Source of the DNA: a virus
IMG/VR virus record: IMGVR_UViG_3300039381_000074
Coordinates: 1-5,346 of that record
Length of the DNA stretch: 5,346 nucleotides
Strand: one strand, 5' to 3'
The notes below the pieces were generated by a model that saw nothing but the letters and a program-made list of their open reading frames with translations, had not been told where the DNA came from and did no database searches. The translations under genes were made by a program, and so were the position numbers. Shown here piece by piece: positions 5,183-5,346 of this stretch. The stretch's first letter is position 1. Each line of letters opens with the position of its first letter.

Positions 5183-5214
5183 GTGAGAAAACCACCTTTC
5201 ATTTCCATGGCTAA

Positions 5215-5243
5215 ATGTTACCATAGTATGAATGGATTGTCAA
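5215..5243 (-). promoter_or_regulatory. Sigma70-type promoter for the rep-led operon
   Basis: On the minus strand: TTGACA (5243..5238), a 17-nt spacer, then TGgTAACAT (extended -10; -10 hexamer at 5220..5215). It lies about 33 nt upstream of the rep start codon. Confidence 0.6.
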
Positions 5244-5259
5244 GAGGAAATTTCAATTT

Positions 5260-5286
5260 CGTGGGCGTATTACACGAACGCCCACG
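5260..5286. other. 9-bp hairpin with 9-nt loop upstream of the rep promoter; candidate double-strand origin / nick site
   Basis: cgtgggcgt (5260-5268) pairs perfectly with acgcccacg (5278-5286). The loop is attacacga on plus and tcgtgtaat on minus. Confidence 0.45.
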
Positions 5287-5304
5287 ATCCCGCCGTCCGA
5301 CCCG

Positions 5305-5346
5305 CAGGGGACGGGGGACGAGGGACGGGGGACGGGGGACGGGGGA
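5305..5346. repeat. Tandem G-rich heptamer array (ACGGGGG)n with one ACGAGGG variant
   Basis: The units are 5311-5317, 5318-5324 (variant), 5325-5331, 5332-5338 and 5339-5345, preceded by caGGGG. The array continues into 1-15 through the circular junction. Confidence 0.85.

Noticed and set aside
5305-5346. The heptamer array as a CRISPR array, or the matching window ends as terminal repeats of a transposon
   Set aside because: The units are 7 nt with no spacers, so this is not a CRISPR array. The end match is direct and only 15 nt, lies inside a tandem repeat, and is explained by circular assembly overlap.

Overview
The window reads as one complete, circularly permuted genome of about 5.33 kb from a filamentous ssDNA phage (inovirus-like). 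The last 15 nt (5332-5346, acgggggacggggga) repeat the first 15 nt, as expected for a circular assembly.

All but one gene lie on the minus strand as one tightly packed, translationally coupled module:
- Rep_trans-type rolling-circle initiator (5182..4046)
- gene-V-like ssDNA-binding protein (4027..3785)
- a 74-nt tRNA with anticodon CUG (3725..3652)
- secreted, C-terminally anchored Ser/Thr-rich pIII-like protein (3603..2407)
- hydrophobic mini-proteins of 43 aa and 54 aa
- a 202-aa tail-anchored acidic protein
- a 37-aa mini-protein
- a 63-codon coat-like frame with no canonical start codon (1358..1167)
- an intrinsic terminator
- a compact Zot/pI-like P-loop assembly ATPase (1091..468)

One 76-aa ORF (180..410) runs on the opposite strand and converges with zot on a bidirectional terminator.

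The roughly 340-nt non-coding region spanning the window junction holds a sigma70-like promoter, a 9-bp hairpin, ACGGGGG heptamer repeats and two long hairpins whose mismatches all become G:T wobbles on the coding strand.

The most unusual items are the tRNA in such a small ssDNA phage and the coat-like gene, whose strong SD points at a CAG codon, the codon read by that tRNA. No homology search or folding software could be run. Family calls rest on motifs I recognise by eye.
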